In this document: positions 1 to 12,024 of the stretch, piece after piece
Layout of the letters: each line of letters begins with the position of its first letter
Position numbering within the stretch: position 1 is the first letter of the stretch
Source: Polymyxa betae A26-41
Lineage: Eukaryota > Protista > Endomyxa: Phytomyxea
Direction of reading: 5' to 3'
DNA: 64,000 nucleotides
Assembly: GCA_003693705.1 (NCBI GenBank)
Contig: RBZT01000633.1
Span: 1 to 64,000 of the forward strand
Translations under genes and position numbers: made by a program
Notes under the pieces: generated by a model
Told to the model about the DNA's origin: nothing
The model's database searches: none
The model's input: the letters and a program-made list of their open reading frames with translations, nothing else

Positions 1-107
1 GTTGGAGGTGCCATTGCTTCTAAAACCGGTCAAATGTGAGAAATGTGGGTGTCGACAGCATGCAAATCATCACCGTACGGAAGGGGCTGCGCTATAGTAT
101 TTCGTGT

Positions 108-345
108 TTCCCCATACATTTCTCATTTCTTCAATGTCCCATACAAAAAAAAACGTAACACAGCTCTCGGAATTTATTTTTTTCGGAATTTTATCTCGTA
201 ACTTTCTTCTAAACGATGAGATCAGTCGAATTACGAGATAATAATTTTGGCTGGAACCCTTTGGGAGGCCTCGATAAACCCCGGAAATTTCCCATACAAA
301 AGTTGTCGGTTTAAGACTGCCCGCACTGTACGTTTTAACTTTCTT
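108..345. repeat. Non-coding block of dispersed short repeats; possible DNA-transposon/MITE subterminal remnant
   Basis: CCCATACA at 111, 138 and 291; CGGAATTT/CGGAAATTT at 168, 184 and 282; TAACTTTCTT at 199 and 336. No credible coding frame. Confidence 0.35.
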
Positions 346-714
346 GGAGCAAACCCACCGGGGCAGCTATCCGCGCAGTTCAAAAACTAGATCTTCGTCA
401 AAAATACAGACGACTTACCGACTTTTCTATCTGTGATATTGTATGAGTATTCGGTGTGGACCCTCAAGCTGGTTTAAAGTTGGGTGGTGTTTTTCAGTAT
501 GTATCTGGTGTTTTGGTGTGTTGTTGCTATTCTTGATTCTTTTCCTATTCGCATTTGTCCTCGAACCAATACTCCGTACCTTTTTCTACTGCAGACACTC
601 TAAACAAACCGCTCAGTTCTCGAAAGTGGCGAGAAAAGTTGGTCAAAAAGTGCGTGATGTTTTGCGGGATTAATCATTTCATGGCCATTTTCGAAGGGGG
701 TTTCGTTACCATCT

Positions 715-2481
715 ATGATGTCAGATGCGACTTTTCCAGTAAGAATGTCGCCTGTATGAGGTCGAACTCGTTTCTCATTCTATCGACTAGTCGCTCGGTC
801 TCAGCCAATGGATCACGGACGCATGCTGTCGCATGGGTATTCGTCACCCGACCGAAATTCAGCAGAAGTGCATCCCACAAATCCTCTCTGGTGTGCATGC
901 TTGGCTGATTCAGTCCCTGGCCTAATGTGATATGAAGGTTCTGATGTGATCGGGCGGGCCGAAACAGGAAGCGGAAAGACGCTGGCTTTTGCCTTACCTA
1001 TGCTGGAAATCCTGTCCCGGGATCCGTTCGGCATTTTCGGCATTGTTCTGACTCCAGCTCGAGAACTTGCAATACAGATAGCAGAACAGTTCACAGCTAT
1101 AGGTATGTTGAACGTTATGATATCGGCTACTAGCTTATCACTGTATGAAGGCGTCTCGATGAACTTAAAATGCTGTGTCATTATCGGTGGAATGGATCAG
1201 ATCCCGCAAACGGTCGAGTTGAATAACCGGCCTCATATCATTATAGCTACACCCGGCCGTTTAGCCGATCACTTCAAAACCAACTCCGATAATCTGCATC
1301 TCTCCAACTTGCAGGCACGTTTTTTTCCCAGTAACGTTCTGCATTGTTTAAATCAGTCACTTCCAGTTTTTGGTACTCGATGAAGCTGATCGTTTGCTTG
1401 AACCCCATTTTGCTGATGATCTCAAATGCATTACAAATGTATTGGTCTGTTTTGAAAAATCTGTTCTGTCTGAAAGCTGTTTAGGCGATCCCATCGTCAC
1501 GTCAGAATTTGCTCTTCTCGGCTACGCTTAATGATTCGGTTCGGCAATTCAGCTCCTCGACCTCGTTCACGTTTGAATGCACGTGCGTGGCTTCATTTGA
1601 CCACAACGATGCACTAATTTCTTTTTTGCAGATCAAAGACAGAGTATTCTACGTGCCAGAATCTGACCCAGCAGTATGTTTTCTTCCCTCAAATGCTTAA
1701 GGATTGTGTCTTATACCAGCTGCTCAAAGTGAGTTGTACTCCTATTGTCACTGACTCTATAATTACTTTGCAAGATTGCACTTGATAAACCGGGGTTCCT
1801 GGTCATCGTTTTCGTCGCCAAATGTCAAACTGCAGAGATTATTTGCGAAATGTTAACTCTACTTGAGATCGATTGTGTCGGATTACATTCAAGACTTACT
1901 CAGCGCAGAAGGTTATCGCTACGTTTCTTTTCACCTTTACCTTTCGGCTGATACTTTTTAGGATGGCCAATCTGGGTAAGTTCAAAAGTGGCCGTGCCTC
2001 CGTGTTGATAGCAACAGACGTCGCTAGTCGTGGTCTTGATATCCAAAATGTTGAAATGGTCATCAATTATGATATACCACGGTACTATCGGCTTGCTTTT
2101 TTAGGATGCATCGCTATTGAATAATGTGTTATTACAGCAATCCTGCGGATTACGTGCATCGAGTGGGGCGTACCGCTCGTGCTGGTAATGCTGGTCTCGC
2201 TGTGTCCATGTTAACACAATATGATCTCGATCTTTGGAAAGTTTGTAACTTGGTCTCAACCAAACTAAGCCTTGTATTGAGATAGGTTCTAGGTGGTTGA
2301 GAATCATATCGGAATCACACTCGAGGAGTATCCGTTGGACAGCGACGCTGTTTCGAAATGTTTCATCCTGGTCAATTCCACCAAGAAGAAGGCGCGATTG
2401 AAGTTAGACGAATATGCATTGAATACTGGAGCTGCTATCAAGAGACAGTCCAAAAAAAAATCGGCGAAAGTTTGTGATTGA
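715..2481 (+). CDS. DDX49: DEAD-box RNA helicase, DDX49/Dbp8 family (multi-exon)
   Basis: Spliced model MMSDATFP|[13 protein letters not shown] (Q motif), [67 protein letters not shown]. The DPFGIF stretch before motif Ia is typical of Dbp8/DDX49. Confidence 0.92.
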
Positions 2482-2522
2482 TTATCATATGTACTAAATT
2501 ATGTAGATAAATTCCGTGGAGA

Positions 2523-4786
2523 TTATGAGATGCGGCAGCAGCGTTGCGATTTGATCATTGATTCTGTAGAAACAGGCTTAGGCTTTGGAGCAAACTTCTC
2601 AAAGTTCACGCCTTCGTCAGCCCTTTCGAGAACTTCTACAATTTCGCGTTGCACTGCAGTAGTGGACTTGAATGGGAGATTTGCGAGAGACTTTTGAAAT
2701 TCGTTCGTTAGCCGAACTTTTCGGTATTTTTCATCGTTAACAGGCCTGCCCATCATCCGCATGGACTCGGCATTTACTTCATCGAGCTAATCAAACGTTA
2801 ATTTGGTCATATGTTTCAACAGGCAATCAACCTTCGGAATGAATGGGGGTGTGAGATAGCCAGCCTCCAGCAGTCCCCAATCTACAGAATCGAACCAAGG
2901 ATGCTGCTTAATTTCATCGATACCTAACGAAAATTATGTTTACAGAAAATTTCTGAAACAAACAACGTACCCTTGCTCCCTAGCCTGAGCAACGGATCCT
3001 TTTCCATTAAACCGGTCAACAAAGATTTGGCAGCTGCCGAGAAGTATTCTTCTGAAAATTCGACTTGGACATTGAGAACGTTCTTGTCGAGATCTGAACC
3101 TCCAGCGTGCGCACCGAAAGGTTTCTGTAAGAGCGGTTTAACGAGAGAAAACATTTTTCGAGGAGTGAAACCTTTCCAGAAAGAAATCTGTATATCATGA
3201 CACCATAGCTGAAGAAGTCGCAACATTTGTCGTAGGGCAGCATTCTGATGACTTCTGGGGCAGTATACCCTGGGGTTCCAGCATATCCTTTGGCGCGATC
3301 TTTGGTCATTACTGCCAGTCCTAAATCCGAAATTCGACAGTGTCCTCTTTCATCAAGCAACACATTTTCCAGTTTCATATCACTAAGAATCAAAATCAAC
3401 TGATCGCCTGCGTTAAATCGCATAAGTAATTTACCGATATATAATTGATTTTGAATGAATATGCTCCAAGCCAAGCAGAATTTCGGCAGCATGGAACTTA
3501 GCTCGCTGCTCAGGGAACACCACTTCCTTGTTCAAGTGGAACTTTAAGTCGCCACCCATCATTAGATCAAGCCTGCATCTTCTTAGATTCATAAGAGAGC
3601 AAGACACGTTTATCTGACATTAAATACAAAGTGTCGTTATCCTGAACAGCATATTTCAGGCAGCAGACGAAATTGGAATCCATTAAAGCCAACAGATTTC
3701 TTTCTGACATAATCGAATCAACAGCATCTGTTGCCATTACTCGACGCTTATCGATGCATTTCGCTGCATAACTGATACAATTTAGAAGGACGAGAGCACA
3801 ACAATCTTGAAAGATTACAGTTTCCCTGTGTCATTCTTGACACAAGCATTGACAGCACCAAAAGCTCCTGTTACGGGAAAATGAGTGGCCGAAGTTTACT
3901 CAAACAAAAATGCCAACCTCGTCCAAGCACACGTAGCATTGTAAAATCACGGCTAGTGACATCGCCTCGCTCAAAGCTTTTGCAGCGAATATACTTTTCG
4001 TAAAATTCGCTGCTTGAGAATCGTGGATACACGTCAAGGCGAAGATCATTGAGGACCTACTGCGATATCACAAATCCAAGAAGAGAGCATCGATCAGTTT
4101 ACCTCTTGAGCAATTTCGTCGAACAAGTTTTTAGGAGCTTGCCCTTTGGATATTTTCTCTTTCACATCGTTGACAGCTTTACCGTAGACGCCAATGGCGT
4201 TTGTTTTCCCGATCTGCAGCGATAGTTTATTCTGGGAATATTCGTCAATGTCAGATTGTTCTAACGGAATTTTTCAGAAAACTAATGATCAAAACTCGAT
4301 AACAAATACCATCGAAAAATGACGCATTCTTATTCATATTCTTATTCTTCTTTTTCCTCCTCTCGAATACTGATTCTCCCATTGGGAATTTTGCTCCATC
4401 TTCGGCGACAAACCGTTCAAAAAGTAGCTTCGCCACTTTGAGCCTTGCCGAAGGATCCCTATGATAACAACGTTTGCCAAGCAGAGCGAGGCGACATCGT
4501 GACCTAACCTCATTTTTTTGTAAAGTTCGACATCAGATATAAACACAGCTTTGTCAACCGAATAATCAGCGATCAAGAAGCACTTCATCAGGTAATATCC
4601 AATAGGTTCATGAAACACATTCGAAAACGTTAGCTGATCCTGCTGACGCAAAGTAGCCTCGTATTCAGAGAGCGACGAATACGTCGGCAATCGGCGAAGC
4701 AGTTCGAGATTCGGTCCATAAATCTCGTTCTTGACTGCGTTCAGATAGGCTTTGTTGTCGGCTATCTCGACAAACTCGTCATACAT
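2523..4786 (-). CDS. G-protein-coupled receptor kinase-like protein: N-terminal helix, RGS-homology domain, AGC kinase (multi-exon)
   Basis: RH-like FSNVFHEPIGYYLMKCFL..FISDVELYK. Kinase motifs LGRGAFGAVNAC, YAAKCIDKRRV, DMKLENVLLDERGHCRISDLGLA, GYAGTPGYTAPE. AGC tail PPFIP..VNAES. C-terminus QRCCRIS. Confidence 0.9.
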
Positions 4787-4926
4787 GCTTAATCAGTGGC
4801 CCATGGGTTCTGGACTTCTGGGAAATGGATGCTTTGGAGGACTGACTAGAAGCCAAACTTGTAGAGGAGGCAGCCCTACAAATCAGAGGGCCACGCACAT
4901 CATTCGGGTCTAGCCGTCTAGGGGGG

Positions 4927-4979
4927 TTCAACGGGTCACTCTTCTCAAGACATTTCAACGGGTCACTCTTCTCAGACAT
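4927..4979 (+). repeat. Tandem duplication (27+26 bp) ending at the ceramide synthase ATG
   Basis: TTCAACGGGTCACTCTTCTCAAGACAT is followed directly by TTCAACGGGTCACTCTTCTCAGACAT(G). Confidence 0.9.
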
Positions 4980-6136
4980 GAACGACATCGGTAGCTATCT
5001 CCTCGAACAGTCCTCCTGGATTTATAATAAGGGGCTGTTGGTCAATGACCATCTGCCCGAGCACCTCAAACCGCATCTCGTTGATTTACTGTACTCGGTC
5101 CCGGCAGCGGCCGTGCTCACGCTGATCAGATTCGCAGTGAATAAGTACTTGTTACCATGAGCCGGCTGATTCTGCTTTGAATGTGAAATAGGTTCGTATA
5201 TAAACCTGCAGCTGAGAGGTTATTACCTGTCAGTAATCAAACATCGGTTACGATCAACAAATTCCAGGAGTCTGCCTTCAAGTTCACAGCCTACCTGCTG
5301 TTATCTCTGCAAGCCGCGATTTTGCATTATCAGGAGGGATGGATTACAGATACATCTCGATATTGGAGGGTATTGCCACATGGACTACAGCTTCCAGGCC
5401 TATACCTTCTGTATCTAGCTGAACTCACCTTATGTAAGTGTCCGGATTCATCTTTCAACTTCGTCATGTCGAGCTGTTTTCAGATGTGCACCTGATATTC
5501 TCCCAATTCTACGAAACGCGTCGAAAAGATTTCTTAGAAATGTTTATTCATCATGTCGTTGTTATTCTCTTGATTGTTCCATGTTATCTGTTCGAATTCA
5601 CCTATCCGGCTTGCACAGTCATGTTGTTGCATGATCTGAGCGATATCTTTCTTGAATCTGCCAAACTCGCCAATTACTGTCAAAAGAAAACTCTCTGCGA
5701 TTCTCTGTTCGTTCTGTTCGCTTGCGTGTTCTTCCTTACAAGGCTTGTGTTTTTCCCGTTCTTCGTAATAGCAATGTTTACGATTCTTACCTCTACTGAT
5801 TCGGTTTTTTAGCTGATGCAATCAATCATGATTGAATCACTCGATTATGTAGTCGCTCCAATTGGGTGGTACTACTTTACGATTTTCTTATCTGTTCTGA
5901 TCGCGCTACATATTATGTGGTTTCAGACTATTGTGAAGATGGTATAAATGTTTTTTCCCTAAATCCCATCATTGCTTTAACCACACCTCAGGCGATGAAG
6001 TTCTTAAGTTCAGGCGGAGTAGAGAAAGACGCTAGAAGGTAAATACAATATCCTACCTCTTCGCTCTGTTGACGAGTCTGACAGCGATGACGAATGTGAC
6101 GATCAGGATGAAGATCAACACAGGAAGCGCAAATGA
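4978..6136 (+). CDS. Ceramide synthase, LAG1/LAC1 (TLC domain) family (multi-exon)
   Basis: KFQESAFKF. Lag1p motif RRKDFLEMFIHH..LLHDLSDIFLESAK, FFLTRLVFFP. C-terminal KDARSDDE..HRKRK. Confidence 0.93.
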
Positions 6137-6402
6137 CATAAATATCAGTAGTGTTTATTATTTCATAGGAATACATGCAGCGATGCTAGCTCACATAATC
6201 CGTTGATCAGTTCTGTTGGTTCAGTCTTTCGAACCACTCGGTTTTTGATAAGACGGAAGCAAACGAAGCAATTGGGGCTCTTGCTGTAAAATGTACATGC
6301 AACATGGATTGGGTGATGTGACTCACCTAAATAACGTCACGAAGAGGCTTTTATTAACTAGTTTCAGTGATCCAATTTGCTTGGGGTGGTGTTCGTTCGT
6401 GA

Positions 6403-6630
6403 TCAGACGAAGCGTTCGCGATCAATCTTCTCTTGCCGGGATCGAAGCAATGGCCACAGCGGGTACCATTCTATCCTGGGATATAGCGGCGGGACATTCA
6501 GCGGTCGCGTGTAGAAATACTCGTAGATGATCCAAGGCGTTGCAAATCCCGCCAGGATGGTCGCCATCCCGACCCGGGTCTTGACCGCTGCCATATCGGG
6601 TCCCAATACTCCAACGAATTTTTCCAACAT
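6403..6630 (-). CDS. Small 75-aa single-TM hypothetical protein, possibly mitochondrial membrane
   Basis: MLEKFVGVLGPD..GMATILAGFATPWIIYEYFY..RQEKIDRERFV has one hydrophobic segment and a GC-rich coding-like composition. A candidate 38-nt GT-AG intron (6653-6690) lies upstream. Confidence 0.55.
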   Translation of the reverse strand: MLEKFVGVLGPDMAAVKTRVGMATILAGFATPWIIYEYFYTRPLNVPPLYPRIEWYPLWPLLRSRQEKIDRERFV

Positions 6631-6707
6631 TAGTAGCAGAAACCGATTGTACCTGAGGTTCAGCAAATATAATATATAACTGGTGCAGACCGGCAAAAAT
6701 CGGCCGT

Positions 6708-6950
6708 TCATTTATTTCGGAGAAAGCGAGGCTGTAAGTACAAACGTCCGATATTTGCATAGTGGGCTCGAACATAGATTGGCAACGGATAAGCAATGCG
6801 TTTTCGAATAGTTCGAACTTCTTCTATCCCGGTTCTTGCAAGCCTGTCAATATGTAATCCGAACACAAACCAAAAGAAATAGAAATCTGCTAGCCAATTT
6901 ATTGGACAGCATCTAATCCATTCCAGGCGACCGCAAATCCGTGGGCCCAT
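6708..6950 (-). CDS. Small basic hypothetical protein
   Basis: ORF ending LARTGIEEVRTIRKRIAYPLPIYVRAHYANIGRLYLQPRFLRNK. It fills the gap between GAS8 and the 75-aa ORF. Start and splicing are uncertain. Confidence 0.35.
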   Translation of the reverse strand: MGPRICGRLEWIRCCPINWLADFYFFWFVFGLHIDRLARTGIEEVRTIRKRIAYPLPIYVRAHYANIGRLYLQPRFLRNK

Positions 6951-7023
6951 CTGATGATTTCTGCACATCATTTCATCGACCGAATCCGCTCGTGATTATA
7001 TCAATTATTTGGCAGAAACTGGT

Positions 7024-8883
7024 TCAAACTAGTTGCTCTGGCTGAAATCCGATTCCAGCGGGATGGATGCGAAACTGTCGTAGTCTATCGTTATAGACCT
7101 GAATCACGTGTGCATACATCTATCCGATGCTGTCAATATACAGCAAACTGAACGGGTTGGCAAACATACCGCTTTTATCTCATTGCAACGATCTTGTAGC
7201 TCCTTGATCTGTTCGTTCTTCTGCTGCAGGACGTCTTCAAGCCGATGTGATGGCTCGCCCAGCAGTTCTGGCTGCAGATTCGTCGATATTAACACCTGAA
7301 AGCGGGTTTCTTGACCGTTATAGCAGCATATTTCAAAGATTCCAACCTGATGCAATGCTGTCTCCTTTCTCTCGATATCCGCCTGCAGAACATCAATCTT
7401 GGTCTCTAACAGCAAAGTCCTAAACGATGATCGTTTTTGCACTTCGACCAAAGCCTTATCGAGCTTTGTCTGCAGCAAATCACGTTCTTCACGAGTTTGC
7501 TGCTCCTTCTGAAATAACACCTGTACGAAATCGCGTTCATCAATCAAACAATATTGTTATTGAAATCACCCACCTCATACTCCCAGCTAATATTCTTTAG
7601 TTTGTTTTCCAGGGCGCCAATCTTCTCCTTCGTGGCCTGAAGTTGCACCTGGAATCGAAGATGTCAGCTTCGCATAACGACCATATCTTGTTTTTAGACC
7701 TTATCGCGTTCGTAATTGCGAAGCTCGGCACGAAGCTCTTCGATCTCGCGCAAATGCTTTTTCAGCGGTTCCGACAGGCGTTTATTCACCTGAATCATGG
7801 TTGTCATCAGCCAATCCAGACCCTAACCCTATCCTACCTGCGCTATCTCAGCCATAGCCTTCTCGTCATTATGCTCCTTCTTCTTCAGATCCAGAACCTC
7901 CTCTTTCAAACTCTTGATCAGATCCAGATTATTATGTGTTATATCATGATAATAGTTCTTGATCTGTTGGAATTCGTCTTTGTGGAGCGACGTTAGATGA
8001 GCAATGTGCTCTGACTTAATCCTTTCAATCTTCTTGACGTCGTTTTTGCGGATTTCTGATTTCTGCTTTCGAACGCTGGCCATGGCGTCCTCGAAAGCCA
8101 GACGCATTTCCTCAGCCCGACGCTGGTATTCGCGTCGCAACTGCATCACATTCTTCTCGTGTTCATGCTTCTGCATGCGAACTAGGTCGATATGGCCCAG
8201 ATCGAATTCGCGAAGTTGCTGAAAATTACGTTGTTAATGATTGGAAGTCAGCGAATCAATATATGAGACCTGCTTGACATCCCAGACGACATCCCGAAGT
8301 TCGTGTTCTGCAGCGCGATTCTCAGTCTGGAGACGGTTCAGACGGACCTCGTTGTCGGTCCGAATGTCGGTCAACCTGAAAGGTCGCCAGCGTCAGAAAA
8401 TTACATGATTCAGCGAGGCATTCCGCTTCCGAATTGCAAAAGGCAGCAAACATTCGGAAACAATTTCCCTAACAGCAGACAGAGTCGCGCAATGTTTAAC
8501 TCGCTTTCGTACTGAAAAGTGCGAAAGTAACGTCACCTGGCCTGTTGCTCGTGCAGAACGTGACAGATCTTCATCTTATAAATGCTGAGTTCATAGTTAT
8601 GCTTCTCTGTAAGGTCATCCGAAGATCGCGATTTTCTTCTCTGGGTCGCCTCCAGATCTTCCAGGCGTTTCTTCTCAATGGCCCAGAACGCCCGGATCTT
8701 GTCTATCTGCTGATGGAAGTCGTTCAGGATGCGTTTCTCAGACTCGATCTCGGTCGCCATTATCCTCAGAATCTTTCGGTAGTTCTTGGCTTCTTCGGAT
8801 TGGTCGGACGAGATTGCTGGGGCATCATTATTTACAGCCGGCTCTGCCGCCTTGCCTTTAGCCGGCGCCTTCTTCTTCGACAT
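7024..8883 (-). CDS. GAS8: Dynein regulatory complex subunit 4 (GAS8/trypanin)
   Basis: Diagnostic IKNYYHDITHNNLDLIKSLKEEV, plus KIRAFWAIEK, WEYEVLFQ and C-terminal YNDRLRQF..IGFQP. Coiled coil throughout. Confidence 0.95.
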
Positions 8884-9438
8884 CCTGGATCGACTAGGCT
8901 GTTCTCCGATCGTTAGTTAGTACTAACCGATATTGTCATAGATTTTCCCGGTCCAATCTGGAACGCAAACGCCCTTTGTCTACGTAGTTTGCCTGACATT
9001 GGCAGTATCAGCAAACGGTTCAAGAAAGGATTTTAAAGAGTAAAGCAGTCCGCGATGTCAGCCTTGCGACCGGCGACACCCTTAAGGGGCGCTCTCATTA
9101 GTATGAAGTCTGTTAGGTCTGTTTCCAAACGAGTGAGCTTGATTGCTAAATCATGTTATCGACCAACTTGTTGCGATAATAAAGCGCTCATAAACGTGTC
9201 TTGCATTGTATTGGAATGTTACGCTGAGTAAAATGTGCTTTTCTTACGCATAATTAGAGAAGCAACCGAAGTGATTGTTTTGTTCATTGTTCACTGGAAA
9301 ACCAAACTCGTTTTAAAGTTTTCACACCCAAATATTCACCTGAGTCTGTTAAGAGAAAACGCAAAAATTGTTATCGAATTTTGGAAAACTGATCGCAAAA
9401 TATCATGAATTCGTTAGCTTGAGGAAGTCTGAAAGTCA

Positions 9439-9975
9439 CTAAAACACAATATATTTATATCTGTAATTGATCGAAAATCGAACAGCATTCCAGGAGTCAA
9501 TGGCAGGACATCAGGACAGCGGATTGACAACTTTTTTTACCTGAGCCACCGATCCTTAAACCATGCGGGAGGTATCAAAATGCCTTTCAAACGTGTTCCT
9601 TGACGACGAAAAGCTCTCCAATGCCCATCCAATCCAGCGTCTACCTGCAATTTTAAATAAGTGGTAACAGAATTAACAAAGTCTTCACAAAGTGACGCTG
9701 ATTCTGGTCAGCTTTGATATTAATAGAAATACTTTTTTTAGTTGCCTCAGGCCCAGGTGTTTATTTTGTGAAGTACAGTAGACAGTAACTGGAATATCAG
9801 GGTCTGCTTCATGCTTGAATCCGACAGCAGAAAGACCTTAACGCCATACGAAACCAAAGTGATGTTTAGGTTGTTTACGGCTTTGTTCTTGTTCTCTCTG
9901 TTTTGGAGTTTGTTCTGGGCTTATTGACGACACCATCAACGTGGATGACAACAAGACGCTCAAGCGGAACAGCAT
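9439..9975 (-). CDS. Candidate spliced orphan secreted protein, absent from the ORF track
   Basis: Exons join in frame at GT-AG sites: MLFRLSVLLSSTLMVSSISPEQTPKQREQEQSR|LSAVGFKHEADPDIPVTVYCTSQNKHLGLRQLKK|VDAGLDGHWRAFRRQGTRLKGILIPPAWFKDRWLR|... The last exon is uncertain. Confidence 0.45.
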
Positions 9976-10300
9976 CACAATTCGAAAAAAATTTCGGCTC
10001 GTCGAGGGCACGCGTCAGTACCGATCCATCCGGCTGTCACTCATATCCAACTTCGGAAGCTTCGCGGCGGGCCTGGCGTCGAAAGATGCGACTAACCATG
10101 AACCACGACGACTGCTGAGATCGATTGTAGAAGGAAATAAAAAAAATGCAAAACCTTTTGAAAAAAGAAAAAACTTTTTTGCGCGATAAGCATGGATGGG
10201 CTGCGCAGCCCTGTTGCCATTCTCGGTGGAAATCAGAATCGCTTGTAAAAATCATCTGTGGTTAACATTGGTGCTTGATTGATTACATACTACCAACACC

Positions 10301-11960
10301 ATGGGGATTCTGGAGAAAATCGCCGAAATCGAGGCCGAAATGCATCGGACTCAGAAGAACAAGGCGGTATGGTTCGCCTGTCTCGTCTTTTCATGCTGAA
10401 ATGAGCGTTGTCATCAGACGAATTACCATCTGGGAACGCTGAAAGCGAAAATTGCTAAACTCAGAACAGAATTGATGGAGGGTTTGATGAATTTCTCAGT
10501 TTATGGTTGCTTGAGGATTTGATGCCGGTTTTAGGCCCAAAGGGATCCAAGCAATCTGGTGAAGGATTCGATGTCATGAAAAGCGGCGACTCTCGAGGTT
10601 TAATCAAACAGCATTTCAATAGCTTTCAGTTAACAAATAGTTATCTATTTAGTTGCCTTAATCGGGTTTCCTTCTGTTGGGAAGTCAACCTTACTGAACG
10701 TCCTAACCGATACCGAGAGTACAGCAGCCAGTTACGAATTCACAACGCTCACCTGCATGTAATGGCCGCTGTGTGTTTCATCGTATTGGGCCAGTATCAC
10801 TGATTCTATTTCGGAAGTCCCGGTGTTATTCATTACAACGATGCCAAGATTCAGCTACTGGATCTGCCGGGTATTATCGAAGGTGCTTCTCAAGGAGCTG
10901 GTAGAGGGCGACAGGTTTGCTGCCCGATTTCTGCGTTTATGAGCTGATCGTTAAGCGCCTGAGATCAGGTTATATCGGTAGCCAGAACGAGCGATCTGAT
11001 TTTGATGATGATGGAGGCAAGCAAAGCTGATATACAACGCCCATTGCTCGAAAAGGAGTTGGAGACTGTTGGGATTAGGTCAGCACTCGAGATTCATTTG
11101 TACTGTCTGAGATGCTGATGCGAGGCAGACTGAATAAATCGCGACCTCAGATTACGTTAAAAAGGTTCCATTCATCCAAAATCGTTTCTATCGTAATTTA
11201 CATTGTTTTCGTTTCAGGAAGTCTACTGGAGGCGTATCGTTCAGTAAGACGTGTAAGCTGACAAAATGTCCCGAAGTACGCTCCGAAGACTTTCTTTGTC
11301 TCAGCGCTGATTTCTTATAGGAGGTTGCTCGTCGTATTCTGCAGGAATATCGCATACACAATGCTGATGTAAGATGCTGTTTTCGGTCGTCATGCTGTAA
11401 TGAACCTTGCCCAGGTGTTATTTCGTGCTGATGAATCCATTGAGAACTTCATCGATGTTATCGAAGGGAACCGCGTCTACCTTCCATGCCTATATGTTTA
11501 TAACAAAATCGATACGATTGTACTGCGCTCGGTTATCTCAGTGTGGCTGGTTATTCTAAGAGAGCCTCTAGTTCATTGAAGAAGTTGATCGATTGGCGAA
11601 CTTGCCGCATTCATGCGTGATTTCAGGCAACCAGAACCTCAATCTGGATATGCTTCTAGCGCAGATCTGGAGGCATTTGAACTTCATCAGAATTTACGCC
11701 AAGCCCAAAGGTACATTTCTCTTTCGTGTCTTACTTACTCTTAGTGCGCTGTAGGACAAGCTCCCGATTTAAAGGAGCCCGTTATCTTGCGCCGGGGCGC
11801 GACGGTTTCTACATTCTGTCATCGTCTTCACAGGGTTCTCGTGAATAAGCTCAAGTATGGGCTGGTCTGGGGTTCCAGCGCCAAGCACATGCCACAACGT
11901 GTTGGCCTGCAGCACCCATTGGCTGATGAGGATGTTGTTCAGTTGGTTACAAATCAGTAA
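10301..11960 (+). CDS. DRG2: Developmentally regulated GTP-binding protein 2 (OBG/DRG family), many short exons
   Basis: [71 protein letters not shown]-domain end [18 protein letters not shown]. Confidence 0.95.
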
Positions 11961-12024
11961 TGACACCAATCGGTTCAGTCTGGCGCTGACGTCGGTTTTC
12001 TGAATCTGGTATTTATTAAATCTA

